DNA from: an uncultured Bdellovibrionales bacterium
Lineage (GTDB): Bacteria; Patescibacteriota; Minisyncoccia; Moranbacterales; UBA1568
Reading direction: 5' to 3'
Assembly: GCA_964436855.1 (NCBI GenBank)
Contig: CAYTED010000001.1
Span: 21-64,020 of the forward strand
Length of the DNA stretch: 64,000 nt
A model generated the notes under the pieces. That model was not told the DNA's origin and made no database searches. It saw only the letters and a program-made list of their open reading frames with translations. Both the position numbers and the translations under genes were made by a program. Below, piece by piece: positions 18,048 through 27,856 of the stretch; position 1 is the first letter of the stretch; every line of letters begins with the position of its first letter.

Positions 18048-19334
18048 TCACCTTTTTGCTCCCTGCAAAATCTCCACCGCTCGATCAAGCTGCGGATCGC
18101 GTTTTGCCGCAATATCTTCACGCGTGATTTCCACTTTCACTTCCGGCGCAATTCCGACTTCGTTGATTTGATTTCCTTTCGGCGTCAACCATCGAGCGAC
18201 AGTAATCTTCACCTTGGTTGTTTTGGAAGCAGGCATCAGTTCCTGCACCGACCCCTTCCCAAACGATGTCTCGCCAAGAAGCGTCACTTCGTCACCGCGA
18301 TTGTCATTGAGCGCTCCCGCAAGAATTTCCGACGCACTCGCGCTACCCTCATTGAGAAGAATAACAATCGGAATATTCTGAAATTCTCCCGCTCCGTCCG
18401 TCCGCAATTCCTTACGATCCTTCCGTGCGTTTTCCTCGATAACCGCAACGGAGTTTTTCGGCAAGAACCACCCTGCCATATCGATCGCCGACTCAAGCAG
18501 TCCGCCGGGATTGCTCCGTAAATCGATAATAATTCCCTTCGGTTTTTGTTCAAGCATCGCCTTCGCCGCCAAACGAAATTCTTTCATCGTATCATCGCCA
18601 AATCGACTCACGCGGAGATAGGCGATACCACTCCCCTTCGCTTCATATCGCACACTCTTTACATTGATGGTATCGCGAACCACCTTCACGTCCCTCATTT
18701 CCTCTTCTCCTTCTCGGAAAATCGTGAGTGTCACTTCGGTTCCTTTTTTCCCTCGGATTTTTTTCACGGCGGCATCGAGCGATACGCCGTCGGTTGACTC
18801 CCCGTTTATTTTCAAGACACGATCTCCGGAAAGCAGCCCCGCTTTCTCCGCGGGCATCCCCTCAAGTGGCGCAATAATCGTCAGTACCTTATCTTTCATT
18901 CCCATTTCCGCGCCGATACCCTCAAAACTCCCCGAAATTTCTTCTTCAAACTCTTTTGTTTCTTCGGGATCAAAAAATGTCGTATACGGATCGCCAGATG
19001 CGGAAAGCATGCCATTGATCGCGCCATACAGAAGTTTCCGTGCATCAAGCGAATCGCGATCGACATATTTCTCCTTCAAAAGATCCCATACTTTCCAAAA
19101 AAGACCGAAATCAAGCTTCGTATCAGCACTTTCCTTATTTACAATATCCGTTTTTCGAACATCGAGAAATTCCGATTCCCCGCGCGACTCTCTCCCGCCG
19201 CGATCATACCCAAGCGAATACGCGCCAAAAAGCAACACCGCAAGCGCAAGCAAAAACAAAAATTCCCGCAGAAATGTTCGTCGTTCCCGCATGACCGTTT
19301 TTTTCTCTTCCATTGTTTCTTGTTCTGTTTCCAT
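18048..19334 (-). CDS. ctpA: S41 family C-terminal processing peptidase (CtpA/tail-specific protease) with a PDZ domain.
   Basis: It has an N-terminal TM helix, a PDZ domain (…GDRVLKINGEST…) and the S41 catalytic region (…GSASASEILAGAL…, …TLLGETSFGKGSVQ…). Confidence 0.85.
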   Translation of the reverse strand: METEQETMEEKKTVMRERRTFLREFLFLLALAVLLFGAYSLGYDRGGRESRGESEFLDVRKTDIVNKESADTKLDFGLFWKVWDLLKEKYVDRDSLDARKLLYGAINGMLSASGDPYTTFFDPEETKEFEEEISGSFEGIGAEMGMKDKVLTIIAPLEGMPAEKAGLLSGDRVLKINGESTDGVSLDAAVKKIRGKKGTEVTLTIFREGEEEMRDVKVVRDTINVKSVRYEAKGSGIAYLRVSRFGDDTMKEFRLAAKAMLEQKPKGIIIDLRSNPGGLLESAIDMAGWFLPKNSVAVIEENARKDRKELRTDGAGEFQNIPIVILLNEGSASASEILAGALNDNRGDEVTLLGETSFGKGSVQELMPASKTTKVKITVARWLTPKGNQINEVGIAPEVKVEITREDIAAKRDPQLDRAVEILQGAKR

Positions 19335-19453
19335 AATTTTTTACACTCTCAAATATATTTTGAAATTCGAAATCGGAAAAATTTTTCTCTTTTTTTTCCT
19401 TGGCGAGATAAAACGACAAGAAAAATATTTTCGATTTCAAACCTTAAAAAAAA

Positions 19454-20266
19454 TTATCTTTCTCGCCTCGGCAAAGGCTTTCCGAAATACTTCGCGAAAT
19501 ATTTGATCGCGCTCCCGATATGAATCCATGTGAGCCGATTAAAGAAAAGTCCAAGAAGCCCTCCCCCCGCACTTCCCTTGCCGTGGTAATGATACACCAT
19601 CGCCTGCGGGAGATGCATCACTTTCCATCCCTTCTCCCAAAACCGCCGACACCAGTCCACATCTTCCATATACATAAAAAAGCGCGTATCCATTTTCCCC
19701 ACTTCTTCATACGCCTTCCGTCTCACAAACATCGCCGATCCCATAATCCAATCCACCGCGCAAGGTTCTTTCCGATCATAATCCTTCATCTGAAACCAAT
19801 CGAGATGCTTTTTCCCGAACGGAAACCACCCAAGCGGCGTTCGACGATAAAGAATCGTCATTGGTTGATAAAAATGAAATGTTGAAAACTGTTCGCTTCC
19901 ATTAAAATTAATCTGTTTCCCGCCCGCGATCCCGACATCGGAATGTTTCTCGAAATATGCAAGAAACGCCGGGATGGTTTCTTTCGTGAGGACAATATCG
20001 TGATTGATGAGGAAAAAATACTCCTCCCCGCGTGCCTCCTCGAGCGTTTTATTCACAAGTCGCACACATCCAACGTTTTTCTCAAACGGAAAAAATCGCA
20101 CCGATGGAAAATCCTGCATCACAAGTCTCGTCGATTCTTCGGTGGCACTGTCCGCCACGAGCACTTCGTACTCGATTCCCGAAACGTTTTTTTCGATCGA
20201 TTCAAGACAAAGCCGAAGCAACTCCGGATTTTTGTAACTATTAATGGCGATAGAAAGCTTCGGCAC
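19454..20266 (-). CDS. Glycosyltransferase family 2.
   Basis: The product shows the GT-A fold pattern: LSIAINSYKNPE…, a DxD region (NHDIVL) and the C-terminal …MYMEDVDWCRRF…. Confidence 0.8.
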   Translation of the reverse strand: MPKLSIAINSYKNPELLRLCLESIEKNVSGIEYEVLVADSATEESTRLVMQDFPSVRFFPFEKNVGCVRLVNKTLEEARGEEYFFLINHDIVLTKETIPAFLAYFEKHSDVGIAGGKQINFNGSEQFSTFHFYQPMTILYRRTPLGWFPFGKKHLDWFQMKDYDRKEPCAVDWIMGSAMFVRRKAYEEVGKMDTRFFMYMEDVDWCRRFWEKGWKVMHLPQAMVYHYHGKGSAGGGLLGLFFNRLTWIHIGSAIKYFAKYFGKPLPRRER

Positions 20267-20436
20267 AAGATATTCATTAATACAAGGACAATCCGAACTG
20301 TTTTCCGGCGCGAGTTTGATCTCGAAAGCATGGTCTTCTTCGACACACTTATCGAAGAAGTTTCGAGATCAACCTCAGTGCGGTCCCGCTAGAGACCGTG
20401 CGGCGACGAACAACAGTTCGGATTGAAACGAAAACC

Positions 20437-21660
20437 CTACGGCAATTTCGCAAACATCTCCCGAATCTTGTCGTAATTGTCGCCAGCCGGGAGAAGGATA
20501 TATCCCGTTTCTTTCGTTGTCTCCGGATGATAGAGAAGTCCCTCTTCCGTCGTATCAAGCACTCGTGAGGTCGGCGCGACATCACCCATTTTCTGATACA
20601 AATCGAAAAGACGCTTCATCTCCCACCCCTCAAGATTCGTAAGCACGTTATTTCCAAGTCCATTGAGAAGTCCGTTGATTTTCTCGAAATCCGAAAGCGT
20701 TCCGATCGAGAGCGCCTTCTTCTTGACGGCTTCAATAACTTGCTGCTGCCGTTTCGCGCGATCGAAATCACTCGATCCATATCGCGCTCGCGCAAAACAA
20801 AGCGCTTGCTCACCATTCAATTGGGAATCTCCGGCAGGAAGCGATACTTTTCCGTTACACTCCAAATCTTCCGGATTCACTTTCGCATAGCAAAGCGGGT
20901 ATCGCTTTGGATTCAGATAGTACGTTCCGTTTTTCCGGCGAATTCGTTTTTCTTCGTAATTTCCCGAGGGAATGGTATACCGAACCCCATCGCAACGCTG
21001 CTCCAAGCCTCGAAACTGGAGATTTTCCGAAAATGGCTGATCAAGAGTAACGGTAATCCCTCCAACCGCATCGACAATTTCTTTAAATCCCTCAAAATTA
21101 ATCGCGACCGAGTACGGGATATTTTGCCCCGTAATCTCACTGACGATTGTTCGCATATCTTCCATACCCCCTCCGCCATGCGATCGATTCTCTCCCTCCG
21201 CATACACGGCATTAATTTTTGCTTGCCAATCCTTATTCGGAATCTTCACATAAAAATCCCGCGGAATGGAAACGAGCGACGCCTTGGCGGTATCCCCTTC
21301 GATCGCGTCATTCTTCGGATGAATCGAGAGGACCATAATTGTATCCGCAAGAAGTCCTCCTCCCGTTACGTGTTCCCCGCGCATCCCGAGAAGAAGAATA
21401 TTGATCCGCCCCTCGTCTTCACCGGAAAGTTTCTTTTCCACACCCGGAAGCGTCTTTACGATATTTTTCAAAAACCCGTCTTTGCCAACGGAAATTTTTC
21501 CGATCGTCGCGCCGGCTTTCAAAAAAACAATTCCGCCGACAATCAAAATAACCACGAATATTCCAACCGCGATATGCCACCATCGGAAACGACGTTTTTT
21601 TTCAAAAGTAAACGAAGATGATCCGCCCGACGATGCATCTTTTTTTCCAAATAAAGACAT
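20437..21660 (-). CDS. LytR-CpsA-Psr (LCP) family protein.
   Basis: It has an N-terminal TM helix and the LCP core INILLLGMRGEH…ADTIMVLSIHPK…SLVSIPRDFYVKIP. I chose the internal Met start at 21660 to avoid a 100-nt overlap. Confidence 0.8.
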   Translation of the reverse strand: MSLFGKKDASSGGSSSFTFEKKRRFRWWHIAVGIFVVILIVGGIVFLKAGATIGKISVGKDGFLKNIVKTLPGVEKKLSGEDEGRINILLLGMRGEHVTGGGLLADTIMVLSIHPKNDAIEGDTAKASLVSIPRDFYVKIPNKDWQAKINAVYAEGENRSHGGGGMEDMRTIVSEITGQNIPYSVAINFEGFKEIVDAVGGITVTLDQPFSENLQFRGLEQRCDGVRYTIPSGNYEEKRIRRKNGTYYLNPKRYPLCYAKVNPEDLECNGKVSLPAGDSQLNGEQALCFARARYGSSDFDRAKRQQQVIEAVKKKALSIGTLSDFEKINGLLNGLGNNVLTNLEGWEMKRLFDLYQKMGDVAPTSRVLDTTEEGLLYHPETTKETGYILLPAGDNYDKIREMFAKLP

Positions 21661-21677
21661 GATGTATTCTTCACTGT

Positions 21678-22814
21678 TTAGTTCTCGACAAACAAAGAAA
21701 GAAGCGTTTTCGCGCTTTCCTTCCACGAGAAAGAAGAGAGCGTCCGAGATCCGTCCGCAAGCGCTCTTTCCCGCCATTGGTCGTCAATGGAAGCATTGTA
21801 CAATATTTCCGCCGCACCGGCAATGCCGTGTGGATTGAAAAAAACCGCTGCAGAAGAAGCGATTTCCCGAAACGGCGGGATGTCCGAACAAGCAACCGGC
21901 ACCCCTTGCGATAGCGCCTCAAGAATCGGAATGCCAAACCCTTCGTAGAGCGACGGAAATACGAAGAGGCGTGCGCCAGCATAGAGCGCCGGAAGATCAG
22001 CACTCTCGATAAATCCCGGAAAAATCACCCGCCCGCCGATACTGGTTTCTTTGATTGCCCGATCGATTCCCATATCGAAATGATGCGCTTTCCGATTCCC
22101 GACAAGCACCAGCGAATACCCTGCGCTCGGAAGTTTCGATTGCGCGAATGCTCGAATGAGAAACGGGATATTTTTTCGCGGTTGGAGCGTCCCGACCGAA
22201 AGAAGATATTTCTCCGGCAGATGGTATTTCTTTTTCACACGAATAACATCTTCCGGCATCGCTTTCTGCAAAAATTCATCGCCGATTGCATTGTAGAGAA
22301 CACCCACTTTCTCCGGACTGACACCGTAATATTTGACAATCTCCGCTTGAGTAAATTTCGATGTTGCAAGCACTCGATATGACCGACAAATCGACCGCGG
22401 AATAAGAAGCGCAAGAAACAGTCGGTCCTTCCACCCGATTAACTGCGGAAACGCGCGAAACGACACATCGTGAATATGCGTAAATATCTTCGTCCGTTTT
22501 GGTGTAAAAAACGGAATAATGTACTGCGTATGAAAAACATCAATCTGATTGTTCCAAAAATATCTCGGAAGCGTCCAAAAATTCCACGTGTAACGATTCC
22601 TTGTCGGCAAAGAAATCAATTGAATATTCTCCTTTCCGGCAAGCTGGAGCCGACGAGAAATCTGCGAGAGACGCTCCACATTCGTCTCATCGGTAAGAAG
22701 AAAATAATGATTCTCTCGATCAAGCATAACGAGCTCCCGCGTGAGATGAAAGAAAACCATCTCATCCCCCGTGCGTTGTTTTCCGAGCAATCGAATGTCA
22801 ATGGCGATGTTCAT
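21678..22814 (-). CDS. Glycosyltransferase family 4 (GT-B).
   Basis: The C-terminus carries the GT4 signature FPSLYEGFGIPILEALSQGVPV. Confidence 0.8.
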   Translation of the reverse strand: MNIAIDIRLLGKQRTGDEMVFFHLTRELVMLDRENHYFLLTDETNVERLSQISRRLQLAGKENIQLISLPTRNRYTWNFWTLPRYFWNNQIDVFHTQYIIPFFTPKRTKIFTHIHDVSFRAFPQLIGWKDRLFLALLIPRSICRSYRVLATSKFTQAEIVKYYGVSPEKVGVLYNAIGDEFLQKAMPEDVIRVKKKYHLPEKYLLSVGTLQPRKNIPFLIRAFAQSKLPSAGYSLVLVGNRKAHHFDMGIDRAIKETSIGGRVIFPGFIESADLPALYAGARLFVFPSLYEGFGIPILEALSQGVPVACSDIPPFREIASSAAVFFNPHGIAGAAEILYNASIDDQWRERALADGSRTLSSFSWKESAKTLLSLFVEN

Positions 22815-22838
22815 AATGAGAGAAACAATAACGAAAAA

Positions 22839-24479
22839 TCAAATATCTTTTTTCACCAACCACGGAAGGGAGAGAAAAACCCAGAGCGAGCCGAGGAGGA
22901 GGCCAGCATTGAAGAGGTTGAACACCGTGATCGCGACCCATGCGCCGGAAAGTCCAATCCAGAGACTCTCATCCGGAGCCGATTGATTCAATCTCTTCAA
23001 AAACACCCCCTCGACACACACTCGATATCCAAATGCGAACCAAAAAATAACAAGGAGAAGAAACCCGAATACTCCGGCACCAAGCCAAGCCTCAAGAAAC
23101 ATATTGCTCGAATTGAGCCCAGCGCCACGCTCATCATTACCAAAATATCGACTCGAATTCCCCCAACCGATCCCAACAATCGCATGCTCTGAAAGGAGGG
23201 TAAACGTTTTCCTATAAATTTCTTTTCGAAGAGAAATATTCGGATCAACCCGATACGCTTCAGTTACAACGTGTCCACTCATTTGCTCTGATGCAATGTC
23301 CTCAAGATTGATATGACGGCACCCACGCTCCACTAAACGCGCTGAATCAACCGCTTCATGAGACGAAAATGTCTGCGCCGAAAGACACGACACCGTAATT
23401 TTTTGCAATCCCGATCCAATACTTTTCCCCCGATCAAACAAGTGAAACGATGAAAGAGAACTCCCAATAACAATACAAAGAGCCGCCAAAAACAACCCGA
23501 AAAGAAAGAGCTTCCCGGAGAGCATCCGCCGCGAGACGCCCCACTCTCTCTGCATCAACGCCCGAAACGCGCCAAATCGCACCGCTGAAAGAAGCACCAC
23601 CATCGCGATCCCAAGAAACGCCGCGAGCCACGCGCTCCGACTCACCGAGAGAAGCAGCACAAGGAAAAGAAGTACGAGAAATACGCTCATCTCGATACCC
23701 TTTCGCTTTGGAAAGTTCTCCGCGAAAAAAAGCGGAAATAGAAATGCCGAAGCAAATGCTGCTACTGCTGCTACAAATCCCCCGAGCCAATCTGCCTCGG
23801 GAAAAGTTCCGTTTGGTCGCCCTGTCATCACCTCAAATGCAGGGAGTCCATGCTTCATCCGAACACTCTGCCATACGGCATACAAGAGAACAAGAATCGT
23901 CGAAAGAATAAAGAAACGACCGGCAATACGTATATCATCGTATGTTTTAAAAAATGTTCGCCCCAAAAAAAAGAGAAAAACAAAAGAGAGAACAATAACC
24001 GATTGCTTTACGGCTCCAGAAAAAAGTCCCACCTCCGGAAGAAACGGCAACACAAGCAATCCAGTAGCCGCAAAAAAAAGAAAAACGCCATCGATCCACT
24101 GAAACGAAAAAAGTTTCCAAGGCGTTCGCTTGGTCAATATTCGAACAAGAACTGCCGCACCAAGAATCACCGCCAAAAACTGATATGGCCGAAGATTAAA
24201 ACCAAGCTCTACCGGCGCCACATTCACCAGTTCAAGCGGAAGCACACCAACAAGCAAACCGAATACCCATCCGGGTCGATAGAGCGCCACCAAAAACAAA
24301 AGCACTCCAAAAAAAAGAAAATCACCAAGTCGAAATGGAAGCACTCCCTTATTTGAAAGCACAAGAAGCGCCGAAACCACAACGACATTCAAAACAAGGA
24401 GCATCCACAAAGGGCTCATCCGAAACGAATCAACTCGTTCTCGCAATTCCGAAACAAACATACGTATTTCTTTTTTCAT
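22839..24479 (-). CDS. Polytopic membrane protein with an O-antigen-ligase/Wzy_C-like region.
   Basis: It has at least 10 TM helices and a large periplasmic loop. A Wzy_C-like segment (…VGIGWGNSS…NMFLEAWLGAGVFG) is present. I chose the internal Met start. Confidence 0.5.
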   Translation of the reverse strand: MKKEIRMFVSELRERVDSFRMSPLWMLLVLNVVVVSALLVLSNKGVLPFRLGDFLFFGVLLFLVALYRPGWVFGLLVGVLPLELVNVAPVELGFNLRPYQFLAVILGAAVLVRILTKRTPWKLFSFQWIDGVFLFFAATGLLVLPFLPEVGLFSGAVKQSVIVLSFVFLFFLGRTFFKTYDDIRIAGRFFILSTILVLLYAVWQSVRMKHGLPAFEVMTGRPNGTFPEADWLGGFVAAVAAFASAFLFPLFFAENFPKRKGIEMSVFLVLLFLVLLLSVSRSAWLAAFLGIAMVVLLSAVRFGAFRALMQREWGVSRRMLSGKLFLFGLFLAALCIVIGSSLSSFHLFDRGKSIGSGLQKITVSCLSAQTFSSHEAVDSARLVERGCRHINLEDIASEQMSGHVVTEAYRVDPNISLRKEIYRKTFTLLSEHAIVGIGWGNSSRYFGNDERGAGLNSSNMFLEAWLGAGVFGFLLLVIFWFAFGYRVCVEGVFLKRLNQSAPDESLWIGLSGAWVAITVFNLFNAGLLLGSLWVFLSLPWLVKKDI

Positions 24480-24487
24480 ATCCGATA

Positions 24488-25669
24488 CTATGCTAACACT
24501 CGCCGCACAAAAATATTCCATGAAAACTGTTTCACGTGTTCCATTCCTTTTCGAGCAAGCTCATCGCGAAGCACGGCATCATCCAAGAGACGCCCCATCG
24601 CTTCAGTCATTTCTCCGGAGTGCAACGGATCAACAAAGAGCGCGGCATCTCCGCAAACTTCAGGAAGAGAACTTGATCGCGAGGCGATAACCGGTACTCC
24701 CTGCGACATGGATTCAATTGGTGGAAGCCCGAATCCTTCATACAAAGACGGATACACAAACATCAGCGCTCCGCGATACAGCGCCGGCAATGCTTCCTCC
24801 GGTACGAACCCGGTCAACACGACATCGCGCGCCAAATCATACTTCCGTATCAATCCTTCAATATCTGTGGCAAGTGGATTCTTTTTTGAATGAATTTTCC
24901 CAGAAAGAAGCAGTTTCGGCGTATCAATTCCCCGACGTGATCGCGTCGCCTTCAACATCGCATACGCATCAAGCACCATGCGAGCATTCTTCCTCGCCTC
25001 AAATCCCCCGCCATGATAGATATATCCCGGATCGACCTGATACTTCCGCAGTACTTGATCGCGGTATTCATCCGAACACACCGAATCGAACACGGCCGAT
25101 ATCCCCGGATACGCAACCGTTATTTTCGATTCGCCGATGTGAAGCTCCCGCATAATATCCTGCTTTGTATATTCCGACACGGCTACCAAATGCGAAGCGG
25201 AAGCGATCCCCCGCTCCACCAATCGCCAGTGCCATCGTCTCGTCCACTTGTCCAGATATTCTGGAAAAAATCTCGGAATGATATCGTGCACGACCATGAT
25301 ATGCCATACCTTGGAATCGGCACGAAAACGCGTTCCACTCTGATACAGACTCACAAACATATCGCATCCATCCCGACGCGCCTCAATCGCAAGTTGCCGC
25401 TCCCAGAGTGCTCTTCGAATCACATCATCGCGCTTCCAATACTTCGGAAGAAATGTCCGCACCCGAAAACGATCAGGGAGAGATACCTCTGTCGGCTCTT
25501 CGGTATACAGAATGAACTCGGCTTCCTGAAGTCCACCAAAAAATTGCCAGCTCTTCGCCGCGCCGCAAGAAATCGCCGGATCAGAAAGATGATGAAGAAA
25601 AGAAGCGGTAACCTGACCGATTCCCGTCCCCGGTTTCCGCAAAAATGACGCATCAATACCGATTTTCAT
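24488..25669 (-). CDS. Glycosyltransferase family 4.
   Basis: The product carries VYPSLYEGFGLPPIESMSQGVPVIAS and an E-x7-E-like motif. Confidence 0.8.
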   Translation of the reverse strand: MKIGIDASFLRKPGTGIGQVTASFLHHLSDPAISCGAAKSWQFFGGLQEAEFILYTEEPTEVSLPDRFRVRTFLPKYWKRDDVIRRALWERQLAIEARRDGCDMFVSLYQSGTRFRADSKVWHIMVVHDIIPRFFPEYLDKWTRRWHWRLVERGIASASHLVAVSEYTKQDIMRELHIGESKITVAYPGISAVFDSVCSDEYRDQVLRKYQVDPGYIYHGGGFEARKNARMVLDAYAMLKATRSRRGIDTPKLLLSGKIHSKKNPLATDIEGLIRKYDLARDVVLTGFVPEEALPALYRGALMFVYPSLYEGFGLPPIESMSQGVPVIASRSSSLPEVCGDAALFVDPLHSGEMTEAMGRLLDDAVLRDELARKGMEHVKQFSWNIFVRRVLA

Positions 25670-25747
25670 AGTAAGAACATTGTATCAAGAAACGGTAAAT
25701 GAGAAAAAGAAATCTAAACAAAGCTTCGCTTGCAGTCGCATTATATT

Positions 25748-25785
25748 CTCCCCCCCCCCTCTAAGGGGAGGATTAAGGAGGGGTC
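25748..25785. repeat. Solo copy of the G/C-rich palindromic repeat family (B1-type): ctccccccccccTCTAAGGGGAGGATTAAGGAGGGGtc.
   Basis: It shares AAGGGGAGGAT-N-AGGAGGGGT with the copies at 38170-38216 and 39567-39603. Confidence 0.6.
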
Positions 25786-26658
25786 TTGTTTTTCTTCCTC
25801 GTCCGTAAGTGGAGCTTTGATACAGATGCGAGATGAAGTGAAGCGTTGCTGACAATGTCTGTAAGCAGGAAGTGAAACGGCAAACGGACATTGAGCGAAA
25901 CAAATCCGCATCTTTCAAAGCGAAACGCAGGACAAGAGTTTACTTTGCATACTTTCTTTTGCGATCAAAAGAAAGTATAAGAAAAAATAACCATAATAAA
26001 AAACGCTTACGGTCTCCAGTAACACTGGGGGAATTCCGTAAGCGTTGTGTTGTGCGCAAACAGGCATGGCGTGGCTGCGTCCTCGTCGATGAGCGCGACG
26101 CCGATAGCCTGGCGCGGGATTTCTCCCGTGCCCGCTGCGCGGTTGCGATTATACCACAAAAAGAGAAAAATGTGGTCGGCGAGAAGAAGTGAGTACTACG
26201 AGCATCGCAGGAAGCATCCCTCCTTATGCGCTCTCTCACCCCTCGTTCGCCGATTGAAACGTGTCGTGATAACGTACCACCCCTACCACGACCGTAGGTA
26301 TCCGACGCTCCCTATCTTACACGGGAGGCCGGACGGTTAAGAGGTTCATGGACGCGCCGGAGCCGCTGTGGCCGCCGCCGATGCCGACGCCCCTTGGTTT
26401 TCTCCTTGAGATCGCCACCACGTCGGTAGCTTCTTTACCCCGAAATATTCCGGACAAAAAAGCTACCCGCGTGGCGCACCAAAAAAGAGTGCTTCGCTTC
26501 AAACTTCACAATCGCAATCATTCAAAGAACATTAAGGATATTCTTAACAGAATTCCCCTCATCCGTCAAATTTTGGAACTTCAGTATAAATTTATATTAT
26601 AACAAATAAATCAAATATTGTCAATACCAATCACACAATGTCTATTTTTATGGCTTAT

Positions 26659-27204
26659 TCAAGGTAAAATAACGGATCGAGTCGTATCGTACGCCCAGTG
26701 AAGAAGCGCTTGCCTCTGTCGTGGGCGGCACAACATATCCCCCGACCGACAATGCTTCGCAATTTGCGCCAAATGCCGCCGCATCATTTTCCATCGTTTG
26801 ATCTGCCGCGCATCTTCTTCCGGCAATCGCCGTCCCAGAAAATATCGGCAGTACCACTGAAACCACCCGCGCGGATCATTGGAAAAAATCCATCCTTTTC
26901 GTCTCCATTCCGAAAGCGATTGACTGGCATCCACCCGAAAATAATTGAGTGACGGATCTTTTTTCGATGGAGAAAGTTTTGCTTGCAGAAACCATTCTTT
27001 CGGAAATTCTCCCCGACAATCCGTCAGATATTTTCCTCCAAACACACCAAGCGCGAGCATCTCTTTCGGCGTGAGATCGGGACGGAATTCCGGATCAAAC
27101 TCTTTCCCCATTGGCGCAGAGAGTTCATACCGATAGTTTTGCTGCATTCGATCGTTTACCGTGACCACTGTACGTTGTTGCATACGGTTATTCCCCCTCA
27201 ACAA
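26659..27204 (-). CDS. Conserved hypothetical protein (DUF; motif GWFQWYCRYFLGRR).
   Basis: The 181-aa product shows conserved-looking motifs. It overlaps the upstream HD-domain gene by 17 nt, so the two are likely an operon. Confidence 0.4.
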   Translation of the reverse strand: MLRGNNRMQQRTVVTVNDRMQQNYRYELSAPMGKEFDPEFRPDLTPKEMLALGVFGGKYLTDCRGEFPKEWFLQAKLSPSKKDPSLNYFRVDASQSLSEWRRKGWIFSNDPRGWFQWYCRYFLGRRLPEEDARQIKRWKMMRRHLAQIAKHCRSGDMLCRPRQRQALLHWAYDTTRSVILP

Positions 27205-27781
27205 TCAATCGCACTTGATCAAGCGCCTTCTTGAGTTCCCTAAGAAGCGGGTGCTCGAGTCGATCGCAAAGCACCGCATATACCGATTCATAGAACCAAA
27301 GCATCTCTTCTTTCCCGGCGCGAAAATGCCTCCAGAGCGCGTCTCCATCCGACGCATGTCCCGAGACAAGCGAGTGCATATTGTGAATTTTGTCCGCCGC
27401 CGCAATAAGAAGCCCTTCGCGCGAATCATTCTTCAGGTTTTCGATATACCGCTTCTTGCGTTCCTTCCAATGATTCTTTTTCGAAAAAATTCGCCATCGT
27501 TCCGTCGGATCTCGATCTTCCGTCACTTCGCGAACGATCCGATACACGTTTTCTCCGAATTCTTCTTTCATCTTTTCGGCGCCATACCTCGGCACATCTT
27601 CCAAAACGTCGTGCAAAAGCGCGGCACAGATCAAATCCTCGTCGTTTTCGTAATGCGCAAGAAGAAACGCCACCGCAAACGGGTGCACAATATACGGCGA
27701 TCCGCTCAACCGACGTTTCTGTTCGCGATGAAGTTCGGCCGACCGAACAATCGCTCTTTCGATTTTTGATGTGAGTTGCAT
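27188..27781 (-). CDS. HD-domain protein resembling the (p)ppGpp hydrolase domain of RelA/SpoT (small alarmone hydrolase-like).
   Basis: HPFAVA…AALLHDVLEDV is the HD motif, and the roughly 195-aa length is right. No synthetase or TGS/ACT domains are present. Confidence 0.7.
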   Translation of the reverse strand: MQLTSKIERAIVRSAELHREQKRRLSGSPYIVHPFAVAFLLAHYENDEDLICAALLHDVLEDVPRYGAEKMKEEFGENVYRIVREVTEDRDPTERWRIFSKKNHWKERKKRYIENLKNDSREGLLIAAADKIHNMHSLVSGHASDGDALWRHFRAGKEEMLWFYESVYAVLCDRLEHPLLRELKKALDQVRLIVEGE

Positions 27782-27856
27782 ACCCTGCTCCCTCTTAGTA
27801 TTTTCGGCTTTTTTCGGCTATAATGTCCAGAGGTATTCTAATATCAATGAAACACT

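Noticed and set aside
18664-19506. 280-aa plus-strand Ser-rich ORF overlapping ctpA in antisense.
   Set aside because: The S41 protease on the minus strand is unambiguous. The plus-strand ORF is a low-complexity antisense read-through.
23850-24356. 168-aa extremely Lys/Arg-rich plus-strand ORF antisense to the membrane ligase-like gene.
   Set aside because: The low-complexity basic translation arises from reading an AT-rich TM-helix gene on the wrong strand. It is not a real gene.
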